Positions 41,950 to 55,699 of a stretch of 64,000 bases of DNA are shown here, one piece after another. Both the position numbers and the translations under genes were made by a program. Position 1 is the first letter of the stretch; the number at the start of each line of letters is the position of its first letter. The notes beneath the pieces were generated by a model. The model saw nothing but the letters and a program-made list of their open reading frames with translations, did no database searches and was not told where the DNA came from. Source of the stretch: Tubiluchus corallicola (Eukaryota; Animalia; Priapulida); contig JAQGDQ010000404.1 of NCBI GenBank assembly GCA_030141605.1, forward strand, positions 146,952-210,951, written 5' to 3'.

Positions 41950-43491
41950 CTTTACTCTCAGAGAGAAGTGCGCAGCAAGTTGCGAGAGACGTCTACGTCC
42001 GAACGCGCCACTGTGCTACGCTAAACAATAACATTCTATTCTATTAAATGTTTTACAGCTATTTATTTGGCCTTTGAAGGCAAATTATTATATATGTAGT
42101 TATTATTATTACTTAACATCAACGATGTCCTCCAATAATTATTAACATTGTGTTTCGGTGATGTATGTAAAAACAGCAAATTGGACAAAAAGATCAGCAT
42201 TCAGCAATTAAATCACGCGTATTAGGTATTACGCATTTATTCCTCAAATTCATCTGTACAATCGATATTATTAAAAACGGCGTACCGTCGTTCCTTTACT
42301 AAAACATTGATTAAAGATATAACAGAAAGGCTTTCAGCGGAATTTCAGTGTGAGATTATTGCAGCTTTGTAAATTAGACATAAATAGAAACAAATTTCAA
42401 TAGTAGGTAAAATTTAATGTATTACGTCATCTATTTAGGCATGTATTTCTGCAGTAGATCCGCCACAATTTACATGCTAGAAGCCTTGCTGGTATTGTCG
42501 AACATCCTATAACTACATCAGATTGTTTCACCTGGTGATCAAAGCTGGGAAACACATTGGTATATAAGCAAAGTACGCTCGAATGAGCAGACTAATTACT
42601 GTATGAACTTCAAATAGACGACTATGAGTAAACCGACTCAATATTATAATTGATTAACTTTTTTAGTTAAACTGGAAACTTTATAGATACTTGGGCTATA
42701 CGTAATCTAAATTATGACGCATCTATCGCGATGAGAGTGGCGTTGAACAGAAAGGGAATTAAAATGCTGTTTATTTAAAATCATATTACAATAGAAAGTT
42801 CAAAGTAATACAGGATATCTCGTTAGAGCTGCAAATACACTATGAGTGTGAGTAGTCAGGTATATTGAACTAGTTTCTATACTGGACCTTTACCATGTCT
42901 CAGTTGTCATTCAGTTTTTAGTGTAAATGATTTCACTTCCCTGTAAAAAATATCTAGTTAACGTCTTCTGTTAAGAAATAGCCGCAGGCAGACAGAGTAG
43001 CTTTCTTACAGTAGACAGAGGTTGGAAAACAGTAGATGTAAATATGGAAACTGGCTGGAAAAACATGGAAAAAGCCTTAGCAGCTTAGTTACGTAATTAA
43101 CTTGTTAATAAAAAAGAACCATGAGTTAAAAAACAAACATTGATAATGGCCAAAGTCTATGTTTTTAACAAGCATATGATCACTTTATGCTTATTCGTGC
43201 TTGTAGACCTATTCATATTATGTTTTTAGATTCGGTCCAATATGGTTTGCAGGTCGTCTATATTTGGACCAATATGCAAACATCTAAAATTCTACTATTT
43301 CTCGCAAAAACGTGAAGAGAGAACTTCCAAGCTTAGCATACAGATATCTATGCCTAAGCTGCACTGTTTAATCACCAGAACATCTCATTGCAGGCATTAA
43401 TTATGATGCAGTGAAGTAAGCTCCTATGGGGTTCAATACACCTGACTCTCCCCCATGTCTTTTGTGACCAGTTTTTTACGTACGATTTACT

Positions 43492-44448
43492 CTAGTCATT
43501 CGAACTGAAAACATTCACATCAGATTGTGACTGGCAAAACAGCATGCGTTTACATGCAGATCTAAACTCTTGGTACCTAATAGTGTAAATTATAGGATTT
43601 ATCAGAGAGTTGATGATCATTAGTGGCCCCAATTTAGATGTGGATAATTTCTGGCATCTGCAGTATGCGTTAACTGGCAAAGCCAAATTAATTGGCAATG
43701 AGCATATTATTAGGGATGCAATCAGAAGAAGAATAGTAGTAGCCACTTTCAGCTCACTTTTTACGGAAATGTAATCGGTACTATGCATTATTGAGTTTGT
43801 CTGAGCTTGTATGGCCCGAATGTGACGTCGTGCCACAATAAATATTCTCACGTACAAACAAAGTATAATACAGAGAGGGAGAAAAAACTCGGTTATAACT
43901 AGTGCAACAACATATCCCAGGGTGTATATTTTGTGAGATTTACACGACTCGTATTGTTCTTTCGAGGCTCCGACACCCATGACTGGAAAAAGTGTGAACA
44001 TGATCGCGAACGTGACGATCATTCCCATTGTAACCAACGCTTTCTTCACAGAAATGTACAGGTAATAAAACGGATGAACTAGTGCTATATACTGGTCAAC
44101 AGCAACTGCCAACAAGGAAAACGCTGATACGATAGCAGGAAACTGGATCAGTGAGACTGACCACAGGCAAAAGCTCATGGTAGCCGTAACTCTCAAATAT
44201 GAATATCTGATAAATGAAAACATGATAAACATCAGAGATGTAAAAATATCCGATGCCGCTAGTAACGACAGAAAAAAGTACTTGACGTCTTTGAAATTGG
44301 TGTGTCTCTCGGTGTAGAAAACTGCTAGAACTAAGCTGTTCAGAAGCATGACTAGTCCAGACAGGAGGCATCTTAGAATAATGGTCCAAATGTTGTCCGA
44401 AATTGACACCGTTGTATCGTTGTATTTCCCGACGTCTGAGAAATTCAT
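43492..44448 (-). CDS. Rhodopsin-class (family A) GPCR, orphan (amine/adenosine-receptor-like), single coding exon, ~318 aa
   Basis: Seven hydrophobic segments; TM1 N, TM2 LAASD, TM3 C and AVDQY, TM5 FFLP..I...LY, TM6 CSLP, TM7 NSLINPIIY, helix 8 EFR. Start placed at MNFS (44448) downstream of acceptor TTACAG at 44463; the ORF extends upstream to 44499. Confidence 0.88.
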   Translation of the reverse strand: MNFSDVGKYNDTTVSISDNIWTIILRCLLSGLVMLLNSLVLAVFYTERHTNFKDVKYFFLSLLAASDIFTSLMFIMFSFIRYSYLRVTATMSFCLWSVSLIQFPAIVSAFSLLAVAVDQYIALVHPFYYLYISVKKALVTMGMIVTFAIMFTLFPVMGVGASKEQYESCKSHKIYTLGYVVALVITEFFLPLCIILCLYVRIFIVARRHIRAIQAQTNSIMHSTDYISVKSELKVATTILLLIASLIICSLPINLALPVNAYCRCQKLSTSKLGPLMIINSLINPIIYTIRYQEFRSACKRMLFCQSQSDVNVFSSND

Positions 44449-45732
44449 CTTGATTATATTTTCTGTAACATAAAAAAACAATACGCAACACTGGCTCATT
44501 AAATTTTGTTCAAAACGATATAATACATGTCACTACACCTAATCTTATAACATTGCAAGCATGAGCCGAAAACCATAGCTTCTCGAAACATTGTCAGATG
44601 TTTTTCTGAACTGACAAAGCTGGATGGTGCTCTGGATCAGCGTCAATAAGCTTCCTAACTGGTCAGTGAAATTTTAGGCAGTTCTTGTAGAGTGGCACTT
44701 ACTAATAATGACAAGACAATTGTGCCTGCAAGAATTCAAACACCTGGGCACTTGTTATACAGGCGAGTTAAGTAATTTAGTAATTCAGATTACTTAAGTA
44801 ATGGCCAAGTCCTTGGTAATGGCATAAATGACTTAAGCAATCCAATTAAAAAAACCGAAACTCGTGGCTTCAACACAAAATAAGACAAATCAAAATCAAA
44901 TCAAACTTTCTTCAAAGTTGAGTTTTCCATAAATTTTACATGCTGGTAGCTAATAAAGATTTAAGTTATTTCATTGTCTTTATAGAAATTTTTACATATT
45001 GATTCCAATTGATTACTACCTTTTTTTTATTCTTTTATCAATTGAAAGATAGGAATTAATTAGAATCAATATGTAAAAATTCTGCAAAATCAAGCTTTAT
45101 AGTTTGTAAATTCTGTTGCAATTTGTTGGGCAGTAAGTCAATACTAAGAGACCCTACAGAGTGTAATGATAATTGTCTTCTGAATTAATTGCGGCTCCTA
45201 TAACTAAGTGTACTACAGTGTATTTTCGTCTTACCAATTAGGATAATTGATTCACGGCTAACTTTGATTTTTAATACTTTAATTATTTTTTGATCAACAT
45301 CTCCGTATATAATATTACACGTTCTTTTACAAACAGCTAATTACAGAATAATCACGTTCGCGGCCTTATTATAATAAAATTAAAGGCTTCATTTCTACAA
45401 CGCATATAGATCAATGAGTCCTTTTCAACCTTACCGCGGAACAAAATGGAATTTTATTTTTTACATGGAACACATTAAATTGTACACACAATATTTCCAT
45501 AACGGTCCATGGCATATTATAGTAGCTAAAATACCAAATAGAACACAAGACATTAAAATTAAGTAAAACTAAAAATTTGACAAAAGTAGTAAATCAGACT
45601 GATGAGAATTCCTTGTAAAATTAATCATAATGAACCAAAAATTAGGTAAAAATACTAAACTGTACAAATCATGAGAAAACTTTTGTCACAGATAATATAC
45701 GGTAAAACACAATTTTAAGACGTAATTATAAT

Positions 45733-45985
45733 TGGTGCGCAGTAAGTTTGTTACTAGTAAGTTCAGTACAGGTAAATTTGGTCCTGGTAATTTTGGTACG
45801 AGAAAATTTGTGTACGGGGACATTTTGGTATTGGGAAAATTTGGTACAGAGAAAATATGGTACCGATAAATTCAGTACTGACGAAGTTTTGTCAAGCATT
45901 TTTGGTATAATATAGTACATATAGTACACACAAGTAAATATAGTACAAGGTGAAAATGGCATCCAACAGATTTGGTACTAGAAAA
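45733..45985 (+). mobile_element. Single arm of the 15-bp-repeat foldback family
   Basis: Begins GGTGCGCAGTAAGTTTG, homologous to the reverse complement of the 8948 terminus, then about 10 AGGTAAATTTGGTAC-like units and a (GTT)n compound microsatellite to ~46240. Confidence 0.65.
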
Positions 45986-46240
45986 ACAAAAAAAAAAAAA
46001 AACCACAAAAAAAAAAAACACAAACAAAAACAACACACACACACCACCCTTGTCATTGTTAATTTTGTTGTTGTTGTTGTTATTGTGTTGATGTTGTTGT
46101 TGTTGTTCTTGTTGTTGTTGCTGTTGTTGCCGATGCCGGTGCCGTTACTGCTGCTGTTGTTGACACTGAGGCAGTGGCAGTGGTGTTGGTAGCCGTGGCG
46201 GTGAGTGCTAACATAGTAATCATCATCGCCATCACCATTC

Positions 46241-47420
46241 AAATCATATCAAATCAAACTTTATTTAAAGTCGGATTTTACATAAACATAAAAAACACTA
46301 GCTCTTAAGAGCCGACTCATATAACAAAACTAATCTCTTGATATAAAAGAGTGCTTAAGTGGTAAAAAGTATTGACAATTATACATCTAAAATAAAATAC
46401 TTTGGACCTTAATAGACATTAAAATAATAATTATATAAAATGCTAACTTAAATGCTAGAATTAACTATGTTCGTTTAATCGAGCATAATCGATTGGGTTA
46501 AAATCACATTTCAGAGCAGCTTATAGTTTAAAAGTAGAGTGTAATAAGAAAACATAAAACATCAATTTGTGCGACATGCAGTGCATTTACATTTGCCATC
46601 TTTCCACAAATTTATCATCTTTTGAAACATAGCGTAGGTAGATGCATTTCGTATATCATTTGGCAATTTATTCCACAAAAGTGCAGCAGAATATCCGAAA
46701 GAGTTTAAGCCGTATTTAGTAAATTTGACCCGTGGTACATATCGGAAAGAGTCCCCAAGTTCTTTAATTGTAAGGTCATGTAAGTAGCTAGGCCCTTCTT
46801 TGTTTAGAACTTCAAAAGTTTCTAAGGGTAATGTTCTTATGCACTATTGTTACTGTTATTGCTGTTGCTGATGTGCCACTAGTTAGAAATGGATGATGAT
46901 GACAACATTTCTATTCATGTCGACAGCGACAACATTTAATACTCATTTTTCAAATTTGGCAAAACGTTTCAAAGCGGAAATTTAGTAGCAGTACTTTTAC
47001 GATTTTTACTTTTGAACGATTAGATTGAACGATTTTTTTCCTATTTGAAAGGTGTGACTTGATCCAGTCTAGTGATAAGGAGCTAATCGCATACACCTGT
47101 AATTCGTCCGAAAGAACTGCGTGATCAAGCACATCAGATGCCTTTTTAAGGTCTAAAAATAGGATACCAGTAAACCAACTTTATCAATGTTCATTAACCA
47201 GTCTTTTGTTTGATAGCGTGTTTTTTTTCCTAAAACAAGGTTTATTTATGCGCAACAAGTTGTCAAAATTTATGAAGTAATTTAATTCATTGGCAACTAT
47301 ATTCTTTACATTATTGGTAACATCGATATAGGCCTGTAGTTTTTTATGCTAAGACTGGTGGCGCCAATTTAAGTACCTTGACACTCACGCCATCCAAGAC
47401 CACAGCTTGGTAATGTTGCC
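46241..47420 (-). mobile_element. Decayed CR1/L2-group LINE, internally deleted
   Basis: YRPISMLP, DLKKASDVLDHAVL, DWIKSHLSNRK, GLNSFGYSAALLWNKLP; (ATTTG)n tail. A similar isolated 3' end lies at ~44885-44960. Confidence 0.72.
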
Positions 47421-48349
47421 TAAAACGTTTTGAAATGTTGTACCAGCCAACGCTAAGACTAAATCCGGTGTTTAGATGTCAGTATAGGGCTTGAATGGCT
47501 GGTTTTTGCAATAAGTGAATGTGTTATTAGATAAAATTTGAGCATTAACAGATTTTTTTCGTAACCATATTTTTCTGAAAACGAAGGATAAGCTGCAAAT
47601 TTATAATTTATTTTTCTATCATTACTAAGTATGCGATGCCATATTGCCCAGCAATACACCAACTAGCATACAGGCTTCTGCGATATTTGCAGTTTTAGCA
47701 CGTTTGATTCAAATTTTTATATTATCAAAAAAGTTTTTATCAAAATACTTGTAATTAAAGAATCGCTTACCTATTAGAATTGCGGTTCAAGAGTAGTCTC
47801 TTGGCAGTAGCTCTAACAATGGTGCTGCGCTTATAACTGTCAAGTTGCGCGTCTTTCCTTTGGAGTGCATTAACTCCTAATTGCTTTATTGTGTTGTGTT
47901 ATAATGCAATAAAGAACTTCTCTGACATATTACTTAAATTACTAGCATTATTGGCCTGAGGTTAAATTTAGTGTCTTTTAAAACGTCATGTGCTTCTGTG
48001 TTAGCTGATATAAGAACGTTTCTAAAACTTTCTAATGCAGTACATAAAAGGTGCGCAAAAAGTGCTATAAATTAAAGGTAAGACGAACTGTGGTAATTGA
48101 TAATAAAAGAACTGAGATGAAGAGAAAACTGTTAATATAGCTGATTTTTGTGGATTCATTGCGTATTTTGTAGCGAATACAGCAATCCGTTATCTGTAGC
48201 GCTGACATGACGTCATCATTCCAACACTGTATTCAGTTCAAACGTGTAACATTAATTCGTGTTTACTACTTTTGAATTGGCCTTTTTACTGACCTGTAAG
48301 TACCAACCAACTACAATTTGATCTAGGCATGCATGTGCCGTTCGAAAGC

Positions 48350-49860
48350 TACTTAAAAGCCTACTGTACTGTATCCAATGCGTTTTGGAATGCGTGGCTA
48401 CCATTTCTATCACTACCATGGCCGGCTCGAACTATCTTGAGCATCGATTGGCACTGGTAATCAGAGACCAAGCGCAGACAGTGGTATCAGAAGTGGGATG
48501 AATTTGGTGCAACATGACACTTTCAGCAGTTCTTTCTGCTCAACTGCTGATAATTTGTGTTTGTTCATCAGCTTGCAGAATTTATGGTCTTATATCTGTC
48601 CCATAGGTCAAGATGAAGTTGTGATTTGAACAGAATCTGCGCTTGGGTCACAAACCTTGTGCTGACAGTTATTTTAGCTGTTTAAATGACGAAACAGCTT
48701 TAGAGTAATAATTAGATGATAGACTTGGCTCTGTCTTTTACATGCATTTGCATTCCTCTCAGTCCTCATGCACTGCATCTCATACATCATCGCTTTCTGT
48801 ACCATCTGTTGTACAACATGTTAACACTATTTTTTAAATGCATCTAATTGGTTTTGTCTAATACTGAGCACCTAATGCATGTCACCCTTTCAATATCATA
48901 CTGGCATCAGTTTTTCGTAACCATAACACATTCTAAATTAGACTTGGGTGCTGGTCACATGGAAGCAATAAAAGTGCTTTGTGCCTCTCTTTGGCATAGA
49001 CTTTCTGACATCTCAGTGCATTACAAGTCAAAAGCTCTGATTAACAGAGCCTTTATCACTGCCCCAGCCACAGACTAGTTACACACTACTTTGACACCAG
49101 TACCACCTAAAAACCCACTTCATGTATTTGTTTTTTAAACAACTGGAGTTACTCTTTCATTTCGTGAGTGTGTCTTCCTTGGCATCTATATCTATTTGAT
49201 GACAAGGGAGCTACAAAAGCTAAACAGTTAACTTATGGCTTTCAAATTCAGGCCAATGGACGGGTCTGAGCAAAAAGGGTCTGAGTGAGCTGCTTTTCCT
49301 CATAGTTTTTCATTTCATAATGTTTCGCTTCAATAACAGTTTGAACCGGCACGAGCATTCAGAATCTTCTTAAAATCTAGATGCATGCTCAGCTGACTCT
49401 CTTCAAGATAATAAACATGAGGATTATTAATTTTGGCATTTCTCAGTGGCTGATTGGCACGAGCAATAGTAGGTGGTGCTGTTAGTTGTTTTTACAAATT
49501 ATGCAGAATACAGCAGTAGACTGCATGACAAATGATCCTGTACAGCTCGGAGTGTATTTTTGTCTTTTTTAATATCACGAAATGAAAGCTAACGTGTTGA
49601 CTTCTAAAGTAGGACTGCCCAGTGTTGTAAGGGCTTTGTATTTTCCTACAGTGCATGCTACAATAATGTGCACATACACATTCACGTCGCATTGTATACA
49701 AAGGAAAAATATGTTGTTGTAGCAACAAATTTGTTATCCATCTCAGTAAATCAACCGAGCATTGTCTATGAACATTGCCTTGGCACATTCTTTATCCACA
49801 AATTGGTGTCACGCCCAACGTGCTCGTGTCTTTCAAATTTGGTATACTGTTACTAATATC
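48350..49860 (-). pseudogene. Possible highly decayed hAT (ZNF862-like) transposase
   Basis: Fragmentary motifs: TTF-zinc-finger-like C..C...SPYNTG..YFR..H, GWGSDKGSV (cf. GFGSDGASV), and an HCxAHxLNL-like relic. Many stops and frameshifts. Confidence 0.25.
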
Positions 49861-51779
49861 ATTCTTTTTCTATCACGTCTATGTAAGTTGAATTGTTTCC
49901 GGTAATTCTTTAGGATCTTTCTTTAAAGTCGAATTCCCTGTTCGCTGAAGTCGCTTGACTAGTGGTCCTCCTCCATGGCTTCTTATTGGCTTTCAGATTT
50001 TCAGATTCAAGATTTACTTGCAGATTTACCTGCACTGCAATGCCAAAGCAAAGCGACGTAACTGCTAATTTTGACAAATTGACTTAAATGGTGATTCTTA
50101 CTATTTAGATTACGGGGCACATTTCTGGCATGGTCACAGTATCTAGAACACGATGCCATAAAGCAGCGTATCTGAAAAATGCACTTGACTCGCTAAAGCA
50201 AAAAAAGACGTAACGCAAGTTACATCGCTTTACAGAAGTTTAACTCTGTGACAACCCTTGCCGATCTGAAACTGATGAGACACGAATTCTATCGTTTTCG
50301 TCACGGTAGACAGATTAATTTTTCGGAACCAGTGCCTGCTATTTTATTCTTTAAACGTTGTTATGTCAGTAAAGAAGTTGGTGCAGAAACTATCGAAATA
50401 AAGTTTATTGAACGGGCACCTTTTATGAGCCCCCTTTGAGCTGCCTCCATGTCATTCTGTTCACTACAGTGTTGAATGCTAATAGAAAATATAAGGAGAT
50501 ATTCGAAATTAGCTTTAATTTATTGGAATAGTGGAAGTTACAAATTGCGTTGTAGTTGACATGAATGCATCAGATTTCTGTAACCGGGAAATTATTTAAA
50601 TAATTAACGAATTGCTGCATTTTAATGAAGGATCTGCTAATTATTAAATTTTATTGTACCTAATTTCGATTCAATTGGATCAAATTTTAATTTAAAATTA
50701 ATTAATTAAATAGCTTTAGTTAACTGACGAGTTGCTACTGTGTGCTACAAGCTTTTTATTTTTTTGTTTTGAACAGTGACATCCCAATTAATCATCCAAC
50801 CAAATAAACACTTTTAGGCTGAAAAAAGTGTGACAACGATGTAAGACCTAATCACGGATTTTTTTCTAGGACCCAAACTGCTTGATAATCGCTCATAAAC
50901 TTTTGGGCGAAGCTGCTTTCAAATGATGTTTGATGCTATATAATGTGTATTAGCTAACGGCACATATTTAGCTTAATGAAGTTTAAAGAAGTGATTTTGT
51001 ATACGTATATTAAGATAATTCCGTTTAAAACTTATGTTTGACCTCTATCAGCGCCGTATAAGTAAGCTGTATATATATATATACATATAATATATATATA
51101 TATATATGAGTTAAGGTACAACTCAGTAAGCAGCACGTTGTGACATTCTAGTTTTAGCTCTACAATGCAAACTTGTGCCATTGTATGGAACACCGTCAAG
51201 CACTTTTGTTTATAAGTTAATTAAATGGAAATGTTATAGAGTTTTTACAATACGAGGTACTTCATTACGAGGAAAATGGTACTTCACTTAAGAGTACATT
51301 AGCCCAAGAAACTATATTTCCATACCAGTTATGTAGGCAAGTGCGTACTGGCATCACGATTAATTTTGTACTCAATTATATCAGTTATGTCACTTTACTT
51401 TGGCAGGGCAGTGAAGACTTACACCTCTTGCAGACTTGGCAAACTGTATTAACCAAGCGCATTTCTTAACTACATTGTCTGGCTTCGAAACCAGACACTT
51501 TGTTTTCCGAGAGCTTATTCGAATTTTTTCTGATTTGCAGGCCAAGAAAATGCATAACCGCCAACCGGTTACTCAGTAGACAGCTTTAAGGCAAGCAAAC
51601 CCACAGTCCCAAAATGTCCAAACACCTAATTACTGTAAAATCACTGTTAGAAACTACCTAATTAGTTACTAAATTGACGTCTCGTTTTAGATGCTTTTTT
51701 TGGTAGTTCCCCGCCGAGTTGCGGACCCATTTATATGATGTGCATTTTGCAGATTTCACAGAGCCGTGGAACAACTCTT

Positions 51780-52020
51780 TGTAGACTTCTTCTTCTTTTT
51801 CTTCAGTCTCATTCCATCTATTGAGGCATCAGCATTTATTAGAGTATTCCACCCACCTCTATCTGCAGCTAACAGTGTAAATTCATAGTGCTAAAGATGG
51901 ATTTAGTTGAATTTGTTGAACATCTTTATTTATTTTAGCTATCCAAATTCTTTTTGGTTTGCCAGGTAGTGGTGTTTTTTTGCAAGGTTTTAAAGCTTCC
52001 TTTAAGGCGATTCTCACTTG
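51780..52020 (-). mobile_element. RTE-like LINE 3' end fragment
   Basis: RIALKEALKP...GKPKRIW...AADRGGW-like C-terminus with (AGA)n tail; resembles the 12.6-kb fragment. Confidence 0.55.
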
Positions 52021-52429
52021 CATAAATAAATAAATGGCTCACGCTTCCAACAGGGACGTACGTGGTTACTGGTTACGTAGTAATATAAATATCTATGGTC
52101 TTAGCTTATATAAGCAGCAAAAAGATATTATTTGAAACAAATCAAACCTAATGAAGCGAAAAAAAGAAATTTGGTTCCTCTGGGCCATATATGATAAAAT
52201 ATTTCCTTTTCTGCGTGTATCACTTCACAGCGCACACTGCACAGCACACCCGTAATACTTTATTATATCATATCTGTGGTTTGACAACAAACTGATAAGG
52301 TGCGTATTGGCGCTTAACGACGTTACGACAACACTGACAAATTTATGAATATGGTGGCACCCTTACTGAGGTAAAGTTATTATTGTTATGCAGTTTTAAA
52401 TTTGCTTATTTTCTACTCAATTTGTTCCT

Positions 52430-55400
52430 CTAATTACTAGACCAGCAAGAATAACAAAAAACTCTAGTACCCTAATAGACCATGTCTATACTAATGATCT
52501 GATTAATCCTATTGTATCGGGTATAATAACTTACGAAGTGGCTGACCACTTGCGTATTTTCGCAATTGTCAAAAATACTAATCTGACTAAACAGAAAACT
52601 AATATTACAATTAGAGATAAAAGTAACTTTAATTCCTCTGCCTTTTTAAATGAATTGCACACACAGATTAATACTATTGATTATTCTTACTTATCTACTA
52701 ATAAGGCTTTTGATCAGTTTTTTCAAACATTCAATCTAGTTCTCAATACTCATGTGCCTATAAAAATTTTATCAAGACGTGAAGTGGTAACTTTTCACAA
52801 GCCATGGATAACACCAGGCATACTGAAATCTATTGAAAGTAAATGCCAACTGTTTAATATATATAAAAACTCTAACAATGTTTATAATAGAATAAATACA
52901 AAGTTTATTCGAACAAACTCAACCATATAAAATGTTTAGCAAAAAAAGCTACTATCAAGAAATCTTGCAAAATAGTAAAAATAACACAAAGAAACTTTGG
53001 TTGATCATAAATAGTTTAATTAATGCTAAATTGCATCAACGCATAACACCAAAAAAGGTATACAAAGATGGCATTCTCTCAAGTGATATAACTGATATCT
53101 GTCGAGTCATGAACACTTTTTTTGCTTCCATTGGTCCTGGAATGGCATCTAAAATGCAGCCCACACAACTGTCATTTCAGTCGGGATGTTCTTTGCCAAG
53201 TTCGTTCTTCTTAACACCCATTATTGAAGCTGAAGTAAATACAGCAATAAATAATTTAAATCAGAACAAGGCCTCTGGTCATGAAAATATTCCTACATCA
53301 TTTTACAAATCAACTCGTCTCGTTATTTCCCCTGTTCTAACTAAATTGCTTAACAAGGCTATTACTGAAGGTACGTTCCCTAACTGTTTAAAGATAGCTA
53401 AAATTATTCCTATTTATAAAGGCGACTCCCCCGATTTCCCACTAACTATAGGCCAATAGCTTTACTTTCACCTATCTCCAAAATTTTTGAAAAATTGCTT
53501 TATGACAGACTAATAAAAGTTATAAACGACAACAAAATCCTCTCTATATTTCAGTTTGGGTTTCGCAAAAGATACTGCACAGCCTTAGCTATTGCTGAAC
53601 TTATAGACAATCTGTTATTAAATATGGATCATATTGTGCCATATTTTTAGATTTATCGAAGGCCTTTGCTACTGTACAACCTGATATCTTATTAGCTAAA
53701 CTTGAACACTATGGTATCAGAGGCCTGCCTCTTCAATTGCTGCAGTCATATTTACACAATCGAAAACAATATACATCTATCGCGAATAAAAACTCAGATG
53801 TGGTAAATGTACAGTGTGGCGTTCTTCAAGGCCCAACTCTTGGTCCCCCTTTTTTCTTACTCTACAGTTTCTTAATTTTGAATTAACTAAAGTAGATCTA
53901 TGTATGAGAGCCAACTGGCTTTCTATAAACTATTCCAAAACTAAATATATGATGAATGGTAAGCCCAGAAAAGTAAAAAATTTGACATTAAATTTGACAA
54001 TGGGAAATACCAGGATACAATCTGTACAACAAATAAAATATCTAGGAGTATTAATAGATCACAATCTTTCATGGAAAACACATATACAATATATTGTTAA
54101 TAAAACCAGTAAAACTATGGGTATTTTTTCAAAAATTAGGCAATTCCCGAATTATGACTCGAAAAAACTTCTATATTCTTCCCTATTTTCACTGTATTTA
54201 GAATACAGCATACTTACCTATGGCTCAGCACCCCATTCCACATTGTATCCCCTAATTACTAATCAAAATAAATTTACAAAGCTTTGGACAAATACAAATA
54301 GAAGAGCCCATGTTACACCTTTATACCACCAGCATAAAATCTTAAAACTTCAGTACATATGTAAATTAAAGATGACCAAATTTTTATATAGATTTAAACA
54401 TAATTTGTACCTGAAATTTTTCAGAATTACTATAAATCCGTAGTCCAGATGCACGAGTAGCATACACGATTTGCCACTAACCAAACTTTCTATGTACAAA
54501 GATATATTACTAACAAAGGGCAAAGATCTCTATCTTACCAAGGTGCTTTGTTGTGGAATAGTCTGCCTAATGAAGTAAAAAATGGCACCTTTAGCTATTT
54601 GATAATTAACTATAAATCCATCCTTATTTTTAATTATCGTGTGTGACCTTTCTGCTAAGATCTATTTCTAATAAATCATCTCTGTTAGTTTTAATGTATT
54701 CATTAATCTAATCTGTACTAATCTGTTAACTATAATTATATTATCATAGTACATCTTTTCATCAAAGTGTAAAATTGTTATTATTATTTCTTCGCAGCTA
54801 TGAAAAGGGAAGGTAAACATGCAATACAATGGTCGAAGTATGATTGAAATAGGTCTTGCATAGTCTTCAAACAAATCCAGCAGCTACAACACTTTTTTCT
54901 CATACATAATTTTTTGTAATTTTGCCTGCTTCTCTTGTGTTTTTGCTTGCATATTATGCTTTTCTCATTACATATATATTCACTTTATTATAATTATTTT
55001 GCTCATTGTTTCACAGTTATCATTAAGTTTTATTATATTTTTTGAGCCATATTGTCTATTTAGTCACATACTCATATTTCGTTACATATTTTGTTTACTC
55101 CATTTTTCTGCACTAGTTCTTGTGTTCCATAGTCCTTGGCATTATGCTTAACATAATATGATTAAACACTATTGCATATTTTTGTTTCATTATATTTCGT
55201 TTCATTTTATCATGCATATTTTGTTTCCTTCACAGATTTATTATTTATGTTTTATTTTTTTCTTTTGGTTTGACTTTTTTCTAGTTTGTTTTATGTTTTA
55301 ATCGGTTAGTTAAATGCTTTACGCATTTTGTTAATCATCATTTCATATTTTTCATTTTATTTTAATGCTTCTTTGTTGCATAGCCTATTTAGTTATTTCG

Positions 55401-55697
55401 CTCTCAAGTTTAATTTCTTCCCCTATATATTTATGTTAACAGTTTATTTTCTTAACCTACTTCATAATTATATTACACCTTTCAATTAGCAGCGCTACAA
55501 ATTTTTTACAAGTTACACTAACCTGAGAAGGGTAGCTGACTTGATGACCAATTGGTCTTTCGCTACCCTTTCTCCTGCACCCCCATAACTCTTTCCTTTA
55601 TGCATAATTTATCCTTTTTAATTAATAACTATAGCAATAATAGTCTACTTGTATTCTGGTGTAAATGAGGAGATAAATAAAATGTCTATGTCTATGT
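52430..55697 (+). mobile_element. Decayed CR1/L2-group (Crack/Daphne-like) LINE, 5'-truncated, with long AT-rich 3' UTR
   Basis: IDHVYTN, ADH, KPWITPGI, KASGHENIP, LKIAKIIPIYK, NYRPIALL, FLDLSKAF, KYLGVLIDHNLSWK across frameshifts. Stem-loop at 55525-55574; AATAAA then (ATGTCT)n tail. Confidence 0.88.
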
Positions 55698-55699
55698 TG

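Noticed and set aside
50270-50300. CTGATGA hammerhead core candidates (also minus strand at ~5585 and ~10452)
   Set aside because: None has a proper stem II followed by GAAA with a closing stem III and NUH.
55525-55574. SECIS or hammerhead interpretation of the conserved LINE stem-loop
   Set aside because: No opposing GA for a SECIS quartet and no CUGANGA/GAAA core in the correct geometry; the LINE 3' context explains it.
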